Positions 8,191 through 17,869 of a DNA stretch of 64,000 bases are shown here, one piece after another. The DNA lies in the NCBI GenBank assembly GCA_045863395.1, contig BTVJ01000014.1, positions 1 through 64,000 on the forward strand, given 5' to 3'. The DNA is from Myxococcales bacterium. GTDB lineage: Bacteria > Myxococcota_A > UBA9042 > JABWCM01 > BTVJ01. Every line of letters begins with the position of its first letter. The first letter of the stretch is position 1. A program made the position numbers and the translations under genes. Below the pieces are notes generated by a model. The model saw nothing but the letters and a program-made list of their open reading frames with translations. It was not told the origin of the DNA and did not search any database.

Positions 8191-10869
8191 CTAGGGGAGG
8201 GGCCCGCCCAGGACGAAGCCGAAGCGCATGGGGAGGTCGTCGGGGAGGGTCTCCACCCCATACACCCCCGCGATGAGGTTCCGGGCGCCCTCCTCGTCGA
8301 TGCCGCCCACGCTCATGACCAGCGCCACCAGGTTCGACGCCGCGATGAAGCCGCCCAGCTCCGCCGTGGTGGCGCTCAGGGCGCCACCGGTCTCTGCCAG
8401 GTCGGAGCGAAGCACCACGTCGTGGATGGTGAGCGTGCCGATGGACTGGCCGGCCTGGTCGCGGACGCTCACGTCGTAGGTGGGCGCCGTGCCCTCCCAG
8501 CCCTGGGCCCCCAGCGTACCCGCGACCTGGGCCTCCGTGCCGCCGTCCGGCAGGTCGTTGGCGTCGTGGTCCTGGGCGAGGGCGACGGTGAGGGAGGCCC
8601 CGTCGCGGGCAGACACGCCCAGCAAGAGACGCGGCACGAAGCCGGTGAGCACCGCGCCGGCCAGGGGGTTCTGGGGCTCCTGGAGCGTCGTCTGTGCGGG
8701 GACCGTCGGCCAGACGGGGGCGACGGGCGCCGACCACGCCTGCTCTGCGGCGTCGAAGACCTCGGCGATCAGCCCGGCGAGCTGGTCGTCGCGGCGGCTC
8801 CAGAAGAAGCCCGCGCTGGTCTCGGCGAGATACCCGTAGGGGTACGAGGTCAGGGTCTCCGGCTTGTCGCGCGCCAGGATGGCCACCGGGTCCTGATAGT
8901 CGGCCTCGGCCGCCTGGAGCACGGTCGTGACCGCCGCGGTGATTCCCTTCGCCGTCGCCAGCCCCGCCTCCGCCGCGGCCCGGTCGCCCGCGCGCACGGC
9001 GACCACCGCCTCGTAGAGCGCGATGACGTGGTCCAGGCGCTGTCCGAACGTCCACAGGGTCCTGCGGGCCTCGCGGTAGAGCCGCTGCTGCTGCTCCGTC
9101 CCCTCGGCAAGTACCTCGGGCAGCGGCGCGATCAGCGGGGCCACCGCGTCCCGCAGGGCGTGCAGGCGATCCAGATCGCTCGCCTTCCAGGCGGCCAGCT
9201 CCGCGTCCGTGTAGCCGACCACCGTGCGGTAGGGGAGCTTCGGGCGCCGCGCCAGGATGCCGGCCTGGGCGCCAATCTCGTCCTGGGGCAGCTCCCCCGC
9301 CAGGTAGAAGATCAGGAGCGGGTTGTCCTCATAGAGCGCCTGCCGCTGGAGCTCGGTGAGTCCCGCCAGCGCCAGGACGACGGCGTGCCCCTGCTCGCCG
9401 TAGAGCGGCGTCAGGCTCTCCAGGTAGTCTGCCCAGGACAGGTCGCCGTCCCAGGTCAGCTCCGTCAGGTAGTGATCATATTGCCAGTACATCCACTCGC
9501 GCCCCGTCGTGAACGTGACGTGGCCGGTCACGGGCCGCCCCGCGAGGACTTTTCTCACGTCGTGCTCCCGAGACCAGCCCGTGATGGGGAGCGCCAGGGG
9601 CACGTTGTCGTCGAAGCCGAGCCACCAGGCAGACTCGGGGAACCAGGTCAGCTCGCGGGTCGTCCCCGAGGCGTCCATGAACTCCTTCTGGTGGTGGAAG
9701 TCCTCGCAGTCGTAGACGGGCGCCGGGTGGTCCGCGTCGTAGAACATGGTGGTGTGTACGAAGGCCCCGAGCGCCCCGTCGGACTTCAGGGGCAGGTGGA
9801 AGTACTTGCCGCCGGCCTCCGCCTCCAGGGAGCAGGTGATGTGGATCCAGGCGCTCGCCACGACGTCCGGGTGCTTCGCCTGCAGGTGCTTGACCGCCAC
9901 GTCCAGCCACCCGAGGGCCGTCGCGTCCGTCGGCTTGGTGAACTCGCTGGTCCCATACTGGAAGCCCACGCGCCCGAGGCCCGCCTCCAGGACGCGGTCC
10001 AGGCCCTGCTGGATCTGGATGTCCGCGGGCACCGGCGCTCCGGTCGTGTCCACCGCGTCCTCCCGCACCAGCTTGAAGTTGTTCTGCTGCTGGTCGGCGA
10101 AGCTCAGGATGGCGCCGACGGTCACCCCGAGCCCCCGGGCCTCCGCCGTGAAGTCGGCCATGTAGGGCACCCAGGCGTCCAGGTCCACGGTCTTGAGCAT
10201 GTGGAAGAAGAGGACGTTCTGGCGGTTGCGCGCCATCCAGCGGGCGTAGCTTCCCAACCGCGCGCGGAAGTCCGCGTTGCCGGGGCGCAGGAGGTAGTCG
10301 CTCATGGGGATCGGGTGCTGGGTGTGCTCGTGGAAGCCGCGCAGGGCGAAGTGGGGCACCTGGGGCTCCGCGGGCAGGGCCGGCAGGGTGGCTTCAGGGG
10401 CCAACGGGATGAACGTGTCGTCGGGGCGCAGCCAGCGGACGCCCAGGGCTCGCGCCACGTGCCAGAGACCGTAGGCGGCGCCTTGCTCCGTCGAGGCGAC
10501 GACGGTGATGCCCTCGGAGGTCTCGAAGCGGTAGCCCTCGGCGCCCAGCGAGGGCTCGCCGTCCGTCCGAACCCGGATCGCCGGGCCCTCCGCATCGGCC
10601 ACCGGCCCCTTCGCCGGGGCGCCGACCATCTGCGCCAGGGCGCCCGCCAGGTCCTCCGCGGCGAGGGTCAGCGCGGGGCCCGCTCCGGCCGGGACCACCA
10701 CGGCGACGGCGACCGTGCCGTCGGGGGCCTTCACCGCGGTGGGTCCCGCGCTGGCGGCGTCGCTGCCTGTGCCGGCGGCGTCGCTGCCGGCGCCGGGTGA
10801 AGAGGGCTCCCCGGACCCAGCGCAGGCGGAGAGCAGCGCCACGAGGGCGATGAGCGGGGCTCGGGTCAC
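8191..10869 (-). CDS. large lipoprotein with a GH20/GH67-type N-terminal domain and a possible TIM-barrel catalytic domain
   Basis: GTG start after GGAGG; lipobox ALLSAC; LGAEGYRF...GAAYGLW...LGVRW...PHFALRGFHEH pattern resembles the N-terminal domain of hexosaminidase/glucuronidase-like enzymes. Confidence 0.65.
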   Translation of the reverse strand: MTRAPLIALVALLSACAGSGEPSSPGAGSDAAGTGSDAASAGPTAVKAPDGTVAVAVVVPAGAGPALTLAAEDLAGALAQMVGAPAKGPVADAEGPAIRVRTDGEPSLGAEGYRFETSEGITVVASTEQGAAYGLWHVARALGVRWLRPDDTFIPLAPEATLPALPAEPQVPHFALRGFHEHTQHPIPMSDYLLRPGNADFRARLGSYARWMARNRQNVLFFHMLKTVDLDAWVPYMADFTAEARGLGVTVGAILSFADQQQNNFKLVREDAVDTTGAPVPADIQIQQGLDRVLEAGLGRVGFQYGTSEFTKPTDATALGWLDVAVKHLQAKHPDVVASAWIHITCSLEAEAGGKYFHLPLKSDGALGAFVHTTMFYDADHPAPVYDCEDFHHQKEFMDASGTTRELTWFPESAWWLGFDDNVPLALPITGWSREHDVRKVLAGRPVTGHVTFTTGREWMYWQYDHYLTELTWDGDLSWADYLESLTPLYGEQGHAVVLALAGLTELQRQALYEDNPLLIFYLAGELPQDEIGAQAGILARRPKLPYRTVVGYTDAELAAWKASDLDRLHALRDAVAPLIAPLPEVLAEGTEQQQRLYREARRTLWTFGQRLDHVIALYEAVVAVRAGDRAAAEAGLATAKGITAAVTTVLQAAEADYQDPVAILARDKPETLTSYPYGYLAETSAGFFWSRRDDQLAGLIAEVFDAAEQAWSAPVAPVWPTVPAQTTLQEPQNPLAGAVLTGFVPRLLLGVSARDGASLTVALAQDHDANDLPDGGTEAQVAGTLGAQGWEGTAPTYDVSVRDQAGQSIGTLTIHDVVLRSDLAETGGALSATTAELGGFIAASNLVALVMSVGGIDEEGARNLIAGVYGVETLPDDLPMRFGFVLGGPLP

Positions 10870-11001
10870 GGGGCCTCCGGTTCGTTGGGGACGGCGGCGT
10901 TGCGCCAGGCGGCGATACGGCCGACCGCTTCGGCAGCGCAGAGGCGACCAGGATTGCGGGCCTCTGTCAAGGGGACGCGTTCCCGCGTATGCTCGCGGGC
11001 C

Positions 11002-12066
11002 ATGAACTCTCGCCTCGTGATCGGCATCGCTGTCATCGTCTGGAGCTGCGCCGCCGCCCCTGAGGGGCGCAGCGCACCACCGGGCGAGTCCGTCTGGGTG
11101 CGGGCGCTCACCGCCGCGGGCTTCCGCTGCCCGCCGGACGTCGAGCCCTCGGCGCGCGGGTTCCGCCGCAAGCGATCCCTGCTCTGGGCCGCAGGCGGGG
11201 CCAACCACCGGGGCCAGGACGTGGTCACACCCCCTGATGGGCGGCAGATCCTGGTGGGGAAGATCGCCTATGGCATCGCCGACAAGGACCTGAAGGAGGA
11301 GGACGTGGACGTGCTCGTCCAGCGGGGCAACGTCTGCACGCCCTGGGAGCTGCTCGGGGTGGTGCGCACGAGCCGCGAGGGGGACCTCGACGCTGCGCTG
11401 CTCGGCACGCCGGACGACGGGGGCCGGGTGCTGCTGGAGATCCCCGCCCCGCGCCACCTCCCGGCCGGGCGCCACGCGGTGCGCCTGCTCGTCCACGGGG
11501 ATCGCTCGGCCGCGGACTTCAGCCTGTGGGTGCTGCCGCGGGGTACGGAGGTGGCGATCTTCGACGTGGATGGCACCCTGACCACCGGCGACGACGAGCT
11601 GTGGGAGCAGCTCGCCACCGAGGCCCTGGGCAGCCCCGAGCAGCCCGACGCCTGGCCCGGGGCCCGCGACGTGGTCGCTGCCTGGGCGGAGCGGGGGGTG
11701 CTGCCGGTCTACCTGACGGGGCGGCCGGACACCCTGCGGCGGCTGACGGTGCAGTGGCTTCGGGAGCAGGGCTTCCCCCCCGGGGTGGTGCGCTTCACCG
11801 ATCAGATGCGCCAGACCGTCCCCGTGGAGGCGTTCGTCGGGCGGTTCAAGGCCGACGTCCTGACCGACCTCCAGGGGCGCGCCGGTCTCGTCGTGCGGGC
11901 GGCCTACGGCAACGCCGCCACCGACCGCTTCGCCTATCGGGGCGCGAAGATCCCCGACGACCGCGTCCACATGGTCGGCGACGGCCTCGACTGGCCGGCC
12001 GAGCTGGTCCGGGTCCGTGGCGAGCCGGCGGCCCAGGTCGCCGCCCCGCGCCCCGCCGCCTGGTAG
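11002..12066 (+). CDS. exported HAD-superfamily protein of LNS2/PITP (lipin-like) type
   Basis: Signal or lipoprotein-like N-terminus; IFDVDGTLT, VYLTGRP, FKADVL and AAYGNAATD motifs. Confidence 0.8.
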   Translation: MNSRLVIGIAVIVWSCAAAPEGRSAPPGESVWVRALTAAGFRCPPDVEPSARGFRRKRSLLWAAGGANHRGQDVVTPPDGRQILVGKIAYGIADKDLKEEDVDVLVQRGNVCTPWELLGVVRTSREGDLDAALLGTPDDGGRVLLEIPAPRHLPAGRHAVRLLVHGDRSAADFSLWVLPRGTEVAIFDVDGTLTTGDDELWEQLATEALGSPEQPDAWPGARDVVAAWAERGVLPVYLTGRPDTLRRLTVQWLREQGFPPGVVRFTDQMRQTVPVEAFVGRFKADVLTDLQGRAGLVVRAAYGNAATDRFAYRGAKIPDDRVHMVGDGLDWPAELVRVRGEPAAQVAAPRPAAW

Positions 12067-12087
12067 CCATCGCCCGAACGGCCCCGG

Positions 12088-13296
12088 CTACACCTCGAGG
12101 CGCGACCGGAAGCTGGCGATCTGCTCGCGCACCATGGGCCGCCACCGGGCTCGGCCGGCCTTGCGGTCCACCTCCCCGGGGCGCAGCAACAGGCTGGTCA
12201 CGTGGCGGCCCTCCTGGGTGAAGACGTGGGCGCGGCTCTTCGGGCCCAGCACCACGACGGTGCTGCGCTCCGTGTCCCACAGCAGCCGCTCCTCGGGGGC
12301 GGTCATCGCGTCGGATACCGCCACGCTGGTCGGGCGGTCCCCCTGGACGTGGCGCACCTGCGCGTGGTGCGTGCGCCGGGCGAGCGGGCGGAAGATGCGC
12401 TCCAGGTCGCCGCGCAGCCGGAAGAGCAGGGGGCGCGCGTCCGCCTCCAGGTCCACCGGGTGGCCTCGCCGCTCCGTCGTCCAGGCCCGGCGCCCGAGCG
12501 AGTCGAGGCGCTCGCGGGTGGCGATCAGGGTGCGGCGCAGGCTCTCCGCCGGTCCCCGCTCGTCCCCGTCCGCGGCGCGCAGGGCCACCTGCTCCGCCGA
12601 CACCCCGATGAGGTTGAGGCGCAGCCGGCGCGCCCCCCCAATGCGCGTCTCCAGGAGCTGGACGGTGAGGGCGACCCGGTGATCCGCCGGCGTCTCAGAG
12701 GTGTAGAGGTCCTCGGGCACGAGCCCCGCCACCACCTGGCCCAGCAGATGGAAGCCCAGGTTGCCCTTGCCGAACGAGGGCAGCAACCCGCCCGTCAGCT
12801 CGCCGGGCTCCTGCACCACCGCCACCACGTCGGGGCGGTCGCCGAACAGGCGGTCGACCCGCTCGTCGCCGCGCTCGATGCACAGGTTGGTCAGGGTCTG
12901 CCACGCCGGCTTGCCGACGGGGGTGTAGCCCCGGAACGTGGCCGTGCGGTCCGGCTGGCGCGCGTGGGCGCACTCGGGCGACTCGCAGAAGAAGCAGTAG
13001 ACCGTGCCCGGGCGGAAGGGGATCCGCGCCTCGAGCCCCTCCGAGAGGCGCGCTCCCAGGTCCCGCACGAGCTGGGCGGCGTCGGCCCGGTCCACGTGGT
13101 CGTGGGACGCGCCGTCGGGCACTGTCAGGGCGACCTGGACGGGCAGCGTCAGGCGCTCGAGCGGGAGCGGGTCTCCGGGCGCGACACCGTGAGCCTCCGC
13201 CAGGGCGCGGCCGAGGCGGCGCAGCTCGCGGAGGGCTCGCGCGGCGATGTCCTCTGGGCTCTGCGCCGAGCGTCGTCGAGGGCGGTGGGTGGTCAT
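12088..13296 (-). CDS. hypothetical protein with CxxCxxxxCxH metal-binding motif
   Basis: 3' part of the ORF 12088..15669, with host-like codon usage; GGGAG before ATG 13296; YCFFCESPECAH motif. Confidence 0.75.
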   Translation of the reverse strand: MTTHRPRRRSAQSPEDIAARALRELRRLGRALAEAHGVAPGDPLPLERLTLPVQVALTVPDGASHDHVDRADAAQLVRDLGARLSEGLEARIPFRPGTVYCFFCESPECAHARQPDRTATFRGYTPVGKPAWQTLTNLCIERGDERVDRLFGDRPDVVAVVQEPGELTGGLLPSFGKGNLGFHLLGQVVAGLVPEDLYTSETPADHRVALTVQLLETRIGGARRLRLNLIGVSAEQVALRAADGDERGPAESLRRTLIATRERLDSLGRRAWTTERRGHPVDLEADARPLLFRLRGDLERIFRPLARRTHHAQVRHVQGDRPTSVAVSDAMTAPEERLLWDTERSTVVVLGPKSRAHVFTQEGRHVTSLLLRPGEVDRKAGRARWRPMVREQIASFRSRLEV

Positions 13297-13388
13297 GGCG
13301 CTCCCGGGAGGTGGCAAGGACACGGCCGCAGGGAACAACGCGCTCGTGGCGCCGGCGCATTCCGCTTGGGCGGCCTGCCGAGCGCCCG

Positions 13389-15302
13389 TCAGGCGGACGC
13401 CTTGGCCTCCGTCTCCGGCGCGAGGGTGGCCAGGAGCCGGTCCCCCGTGGTGGTGATCTCCTCGTGCAGCCACCGATCCCGAGGCTCTGCGCGCTCCAGG
13501 TGCCGCTCGAGCACCTCGCGCCGGTGCGGGTGGGCCGTCGCCTGCTCCAGGAGGATCTCCGCCGCCGTCACATCCGCCAGAAGGCGCGTCAGGCGCTCCG
13601 CGTGCAGCATGGCCAGCGCGAAGTCCCGCTTGGGGTCCCACCCCTTGAGCGCCTGGCCCCACGCCCCGATGGGCTGACCCCCGAGGGATCGCAGCTTGTG
13701 CAGCGCGGTCCGCGAGATCAGGTGTTGCTGCGCGCCAAAGGCCAGGGCCTGGAGCTTCGCCACGCGCCGCTCCAGCGGGTCCCGCGCGGACACCGCCCGC
13801 CACCGCGCCTGGGCGAGCCCCCGCATGAAGGCCTGCGGGCGCTTCATGGCCCCGACCAGCGCGTCCTTCATGGCCATCAGCGCCTGGATCTGGCTCGTCC
13901 CCTCGTAGATGGGCATCACGATGGCGTCGCGGAGCAGCTTCTCGGCGCCGTACTCGCGGGTGTAGCCCACGCCGCCGTGGATCTGGACGCAGCGGCGCCC
14001 CATCTCCACGGCCTTCTCCGCCGCCACGTACTTGAGCAGGGGCGTCACCCGCCGGGCCCGCCGCCGCGCCCTTCGCGCCTCCTTCTGCGCCCGCTTCTGC
14101 TCCAGGGACCCGGGCTCCGCGAGCAGCCGCGCCCAGAGGTCCTTCTTGTGGGCGATCTCCTCCCAGTAGGCCCCGTCGACGGCCATGGCCCGGATCACCT
14201 GGATGTCCGTGCGCATCTCGTCCAGGTAGTCGGCCACCATCTCGTGGCGGTCGATGGTCTTGCCCATGCTGCGGCGCTCGCTGGCGTAGGCGCGGGCCAG
14301 GCGCCAGGCGGCCTCGCACAGCCCCAGCGACTCGAAGCCCACGCCGACCCGGGCGTTGTTCATCAGCAGGAGCATCAGCTTGAAGCCCTCGCCGCGCTTG
14401 CCGACCAGGTGCGCCGGCGTGCCGTCGAAGTCGATGGTCGCCGTCACCGAGCCGTGGTGGCCGAGCTTCTCCTCGATGCGGCTGACCGTCGCCAGCCACC
14501 GCCGCCCCTCGGGGCCATCTTCGTAGATGGGCACCAGGAACAGCGACAGGCCCGCCAGCCCCGCCATGGGGTCGTCGCTGGCCGCGGGCTTCTCCGTGCG
14601 GGCGATGACGAAGTGGTACTTGCCGTGGCCGGACGTGATGAAGATCTTCTGCCCCGTCACGCGCCAGGTGCCGTCCGCGTCCTGCTCGCCCCGGGCGCGC
14701 AGGGCCGCCATGTCGCTGCCCGCGTCGGACTCGGTGATGTCCATGGAGCCCCACGCCTCGCCCGCCGCGATCTCGGCGATGGCGTCGCCGAACCGCGTGT
14801 CGGTCAGCGTGCCTGTCGCGGGGTCGATGGTCGTCGTCCCCTCCTGCAGCGAGTACATGAGCATGGCCATGGCGATGCCGCCGTGGAAGCCGTGGTGCGC
14901 CATCACCGACACGTCGGCGCGCCCCAGCAGCTCCGAGTTCAGCATGTAGACGACCATGGGGGCGTTCATGCCGCCCAGCTCCCGGGGCAGCGTGAGCGCG
15001 TGCAGGCCGATGTCCTTGATCTTCTTGAAGATGGCGTCGAACTCGGGCGGGTGGGTCGCCTGGCCGTCCGCGAGGCGCATGCCCTGCCGGTCGATGGCGG
15101 CCGAGCGAGGGGCGACCTCCTCGGCGGCCAGCTCCCCGACCATCTCCATGACCTCGCGGTAGAACTGGACCGCCTCCTCGGTGCTCTTGAAGCCGTCGGG
15201 GGAGCGGAAGCCCCACTCGGTGAGCTCGACGAGGGGGGCCCAGTCGATGCCCTCCTCGACGTAGTAGCGGAGATCCTCGTTGTCCTTGAAGAAGTTTGCC
15301 AT
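13389..15302 (-). CDS. acyl-CoA dehydrogenase family protein
   Basis: MDITESDAGSD, GQKIFITSG, EEKLGHHGS, MNNARVG, QIHGGVGY, IYEGTSQIQ motifs; GGAGG RBS. Confidence 0.93.
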   Translation of the reverse strand: MANFFKDNEDLRYYVEEGIDWAPLVELTEWGFRSPDGFKSTEEAVQFYREVMEMVGELAAEEVAPRSAAIDRQGMRLADGQATHPPEFDAIFKKIKDIGLHALTLPRELGGMNAPMVVYMLNSELLGRADVSVMAHHGFHGGIAMAMLMYSLQEGTTTIDPATGTLTDTRFGDAIAEIAAGEAWGSMDITESDAGSDMAALRARGEQDADGTWRVTGQKIFITSGHGKYHFVIARTEKPAASDDPMAGLAGLSLFLVPIYEDGPEGRRWLATVSRIEEKLGHHGSVTATIDFDGTPAHLVGKRGEGFKLMLLLMNNARVGVGFESLGLCEAAWRLARAYASERRSMGKTIDRHEMVADYLDEMRTDIQVIRAMAVDGAYWEEIAHKKDLWARLLAEPGSLEQKRAQKEARRARRRARRVTPLLKYVAAEKAVEMGRRCVQIHGGVGYTREYGAEKLLRDAIVMPIYEGTSQIQALMAMKDALVGAMKRPQAFMRGLAQARWRAVSARDPLERRVAKLQALAFGAQQHLISRTALHKLRSLGGQPIGAWGQALKGWDPKRDFALAMLHAERLTRLLADVTAAEILLEQATAHPHRREVLERHLERAEPRDRWLHEEITTTGDRLLATLAPETEAKASA

Positions 15303-15367
15303 GTCTGCGCCTCCAGGTGCGGCGGGAGTCTAGCAGAGCGACCGGGGGCGTGGAAGGGAGCTGGAGG

Positions 15368-17869
15368 TCACCCAGGGACGATCTGCTCCAGCAGCCGCCG
15401 GGCAGTCTGGAGCGTCCGCTGGTCCGGCGCGGGAGCGCTCTCCTCCGCGGCGATGGCTTCGTGCAGCGACGCCCGCGCGCTGGCCGTGTCTCCTTCCGCG
15501 AGCCAGGTCGTCCCCAAGGCGACCAGGACGCGGGCGATGTCGCCTGCGCGCTCGGTGCCCTGAGCGCGGAGGGTGCGGAGGGCCTCCTGGTAGTAGGTTC
15601 GCGCCTCGGTGTGGCGCCCCATGGCCCGGAGCGTCTCGCCCCGCTCGACCAGCACCGTGGCACGCACACTGGGATCCGCTCCTTCCGAGGGGGCGACGGC
15701 CAGCGCCCGATCCGACTCCGCGAGCGCCTCCTCGAGCCGCCCCGCGGTGTGCAGCAAGTGATGGCGGGCTCGGCTCGCCGTCAGGAAGCGGCTCCCGCGC
15801 CGGTGTCCCGCCCGGTCGAGCGTCTGAAGGGCCCGGTCGTACTGCGCGATGGCAGCGTCCCGGTGACCCTGGCGCTCCAGGAGCGCGGCCAGCTCGTGCT
15901 CCAGGACCCCGACCCCGACCGAGTCGGGGCCCGAGACGCGGAGCTTCAGCGCGATGGCGCGCTCCAGGGCCGCCCGAGCCTCGTCCAGGCGGCCGAGGTC
16001 CGCCAGGGCGCGGGCGCAGTCGCGGTGGAGGTCCTCCAGGCGGTGAGGCGCTCCGCCGAGGCGCTCCTCGACGATGCAGATGGCGCGGCGGAACAGGACC
16101 AGCGCCCTCTCGGGGTCGCCCTCCGCGGCGCTCAGGCGGCCGAGGGCCTGGAGGAGGCCCGTGGCGAGCGGGTGGCCCTCGGCGAGCAGCTCCCGGCCCG
16201 CGTCCTCGACGTCCTGCAGGACGTCGCGGGCGGCTTGGAGGTCTCCGGCATCGAGGAGAGCCCTGCCAGCCAGGAGACCAGTCTCGATGGTCGTGAGGCG
16301 CTTGTCGCCGTGGGCGGCACGTGCCGTGTCGTAGAGCCGCCGAACGTGACCAACCAGCTCGGCCACCCGTGCGTCGATGCTGGTGCCCCTGCGGCGACGC
16401 GCGACTCGGTGTGCCCCTGCGGCAAGCGCCGGGTTCTGCGCCAGGAAGACCCGGTCGAGCAGCTCCAGCGTCTTGGCGTCATCGGTCACGCGGAGAGCGT
16501 CGGCAAAGGTCACATACGCTTCGGTGAGCCCGGCACCCGGACCGGAGCCTGACCTCACGCGCCACGCACGCCCCGCGAGGCGGACGGCGCGGTCGTACTC
16601 ACCGAGCTCCAGGTACGCGCGCGAACCCACGGTGGCGAGGCCACCGACCAGCTCCGGCTCCTTCGTGTGTCGGAGCCCCAGGAAGCAGTAGCGCGCGGTC
16701 AGGGCCAGCTCGCCCACGGACTCGTAGAGCTCTGCGATCAGCAGCGCGGCCTCCGCCCGCAGGGGCCCCGGCGTGCCAGCGTCGCGCGCCGTCTGCGCGA
16801 GGCGCGCCCGGATCGGGAGGAGGGCGCTCGGGTCTCCGTGGGCCTCCGCCAAGAGCCGCCGCGCCAGCTCCACCGGGGCCTCACTCCCCGCGTCGGGCTT
16901 TGCCACCGGCACGCCGTGGACACGCTGCCACAGGGTCGTCGCGCGGAGGGAGCGACCGTCGGCCAGCTCCGTGACGCCCGCGCGCTGCGCCACCGTCACG
17001 AGATGCAGCGCGGGGTCGTCCGCGGCGAGCTCTTCCAGACTCACGGCGTCCCCGCAGCGCGCAGCGAGCGCGACCGCGTCCGGCTCCAGCCCGACCAGCG
17101 CCGCGACGAGGGCCGAGCCGACTGCCGCCCCGTCCTCCAGCGAGACGTGGCGTCCGTCGACCACGGGGAAGCCGCCCGGGACGCTCGCCGGGTCGACGAG
17201 GACGACCCGCCGCCCCGTCTCCTCGGCGGCCCAGACGACACGGCGCACGAGGTGAGGCTGTCCGAGCCCCGTGGCCACGACCCGGTCCGCGGCGGCCAGG
17301 CGATCACGCCCATCGAGGATGCGCAGCCAGCGCTCCGGGCTCCGGACCGTTGCGGTCTGCGCCCCAGGGAACGCGAGCGCGAGGGCCTCCAGCGCCCCGG
17401 GCCCCCGCCAGACCACCCCGGCAGCGTCGGCCGCGCGCCGCAACCCCTCCACCGCGTAGGGGGGAGGCTCCCGCGGGCACGCCACGCGGTGGGAGATCCA
17501 GTCGAAGAAGTCCGGCGCGCGCCTCGCCAGCGTCACGGAGCGCCGCCGGTCCGCCCAGAGGATCACCCGCAGATGCCGCGAGGCGAACGCGGGCCGCTCC
17601 CGGTTCAGCAGCTCCGCGTCACCGATGCGGGGCTTGAGGATGACGAGCGAGCCCTCCGGCGCCCCGAGCGTCTCGGCCGCGCTCGTGTGGACCCGCAGCT
17701 CGGGCCAGCGGCGCGCCAGGTGCCGCGCGAGCGTGCCGAGGTGGTCGTCCCGAGCGCCGTCGACGAGGATCAGGACTCCGCGGTCCCCGATGGCGAGCGC
17801 CGCGGAGATGAGGCGGATCCACTCGGCGCCAGGAAGCGCAAGGTCAGCAGTGGGTGCGGGTAGAACCAT
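15368..17869 (-). CDS. tetratricopeptide-repeat protein with a degenerate NTPase-like N-terminal region
   Basis: C-terminal TPRs (LGRLDEARAALERAIAL, MGRHTEARTYYQEAL); N-terminal LNRER...VILW...RRAPDFFDW motif; overlaps the upstream ATPase gene. Confidence 0.8.
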   Translation of the reverse strand: MVLPAPTADLALPGAEWIRLISAALAIGDRGVLILVDGARDDHLGTLARHLARRWPELRVHTSAAETLGAPEGSLVILKPRIGDAELLNRERPAFASRHLRVILWADRRRSVTLARRAPDFFDWISHRVACPREPPPYAVEGLRRAADAAGVVWRGPGALEALALAFPGAQTATVRSPERWLRILDGRDRLAAADRVVATGLGQPHLVRRVVWAAEETGRRVVLVDPASVPGGFPVVDGRHVSLEDGAAVGSALVAALVGLEPDAVALAARCGDAVSLEELAADDPALHLVTVAQRAGVTELADGRSLRATTLWQRVHGVPVAKPDAGSEAPVELARRLLAEAHGDPSALLPIRARLAQTARDAGTPGPLRAEAALLIAELYESVGELALTARYCFLGLRHTKEPELVGGLATVGSRAYLELGEYDRAVRLAGRAWRVRSGSGPGAGLTEAYVTFADALRVTDDAKTLELLDRVFLAQNPALAAGAHRVARRRRGTSIDARVAELVGHVRRLYDTARAAHGDKRLTTIETGLLAGRALLDAGDLQAARDVLQDVEDAGRELLAEGHPLATGLLQALGRLSAAEGDPERALVLFRRAICIVEERLGGAPHRLEDLHRDCARALADLGRLDEARAALERAIALKLRVSGPDSVGVGVLEHELAALLERQGHRDAAIAQYDRALQTLDRAGHRRGSRFLTASRARHHLLHTAGRLEEALAESDRALAVAPSEGADPSVRATVLVERGETLRAMGRHTEARTYYQEALRTLRAQGTERAGDIARVLVALGTTWLAEGDTASARASLHEAIAAEESAPAPDQRTLQTARRLLEQIVPG

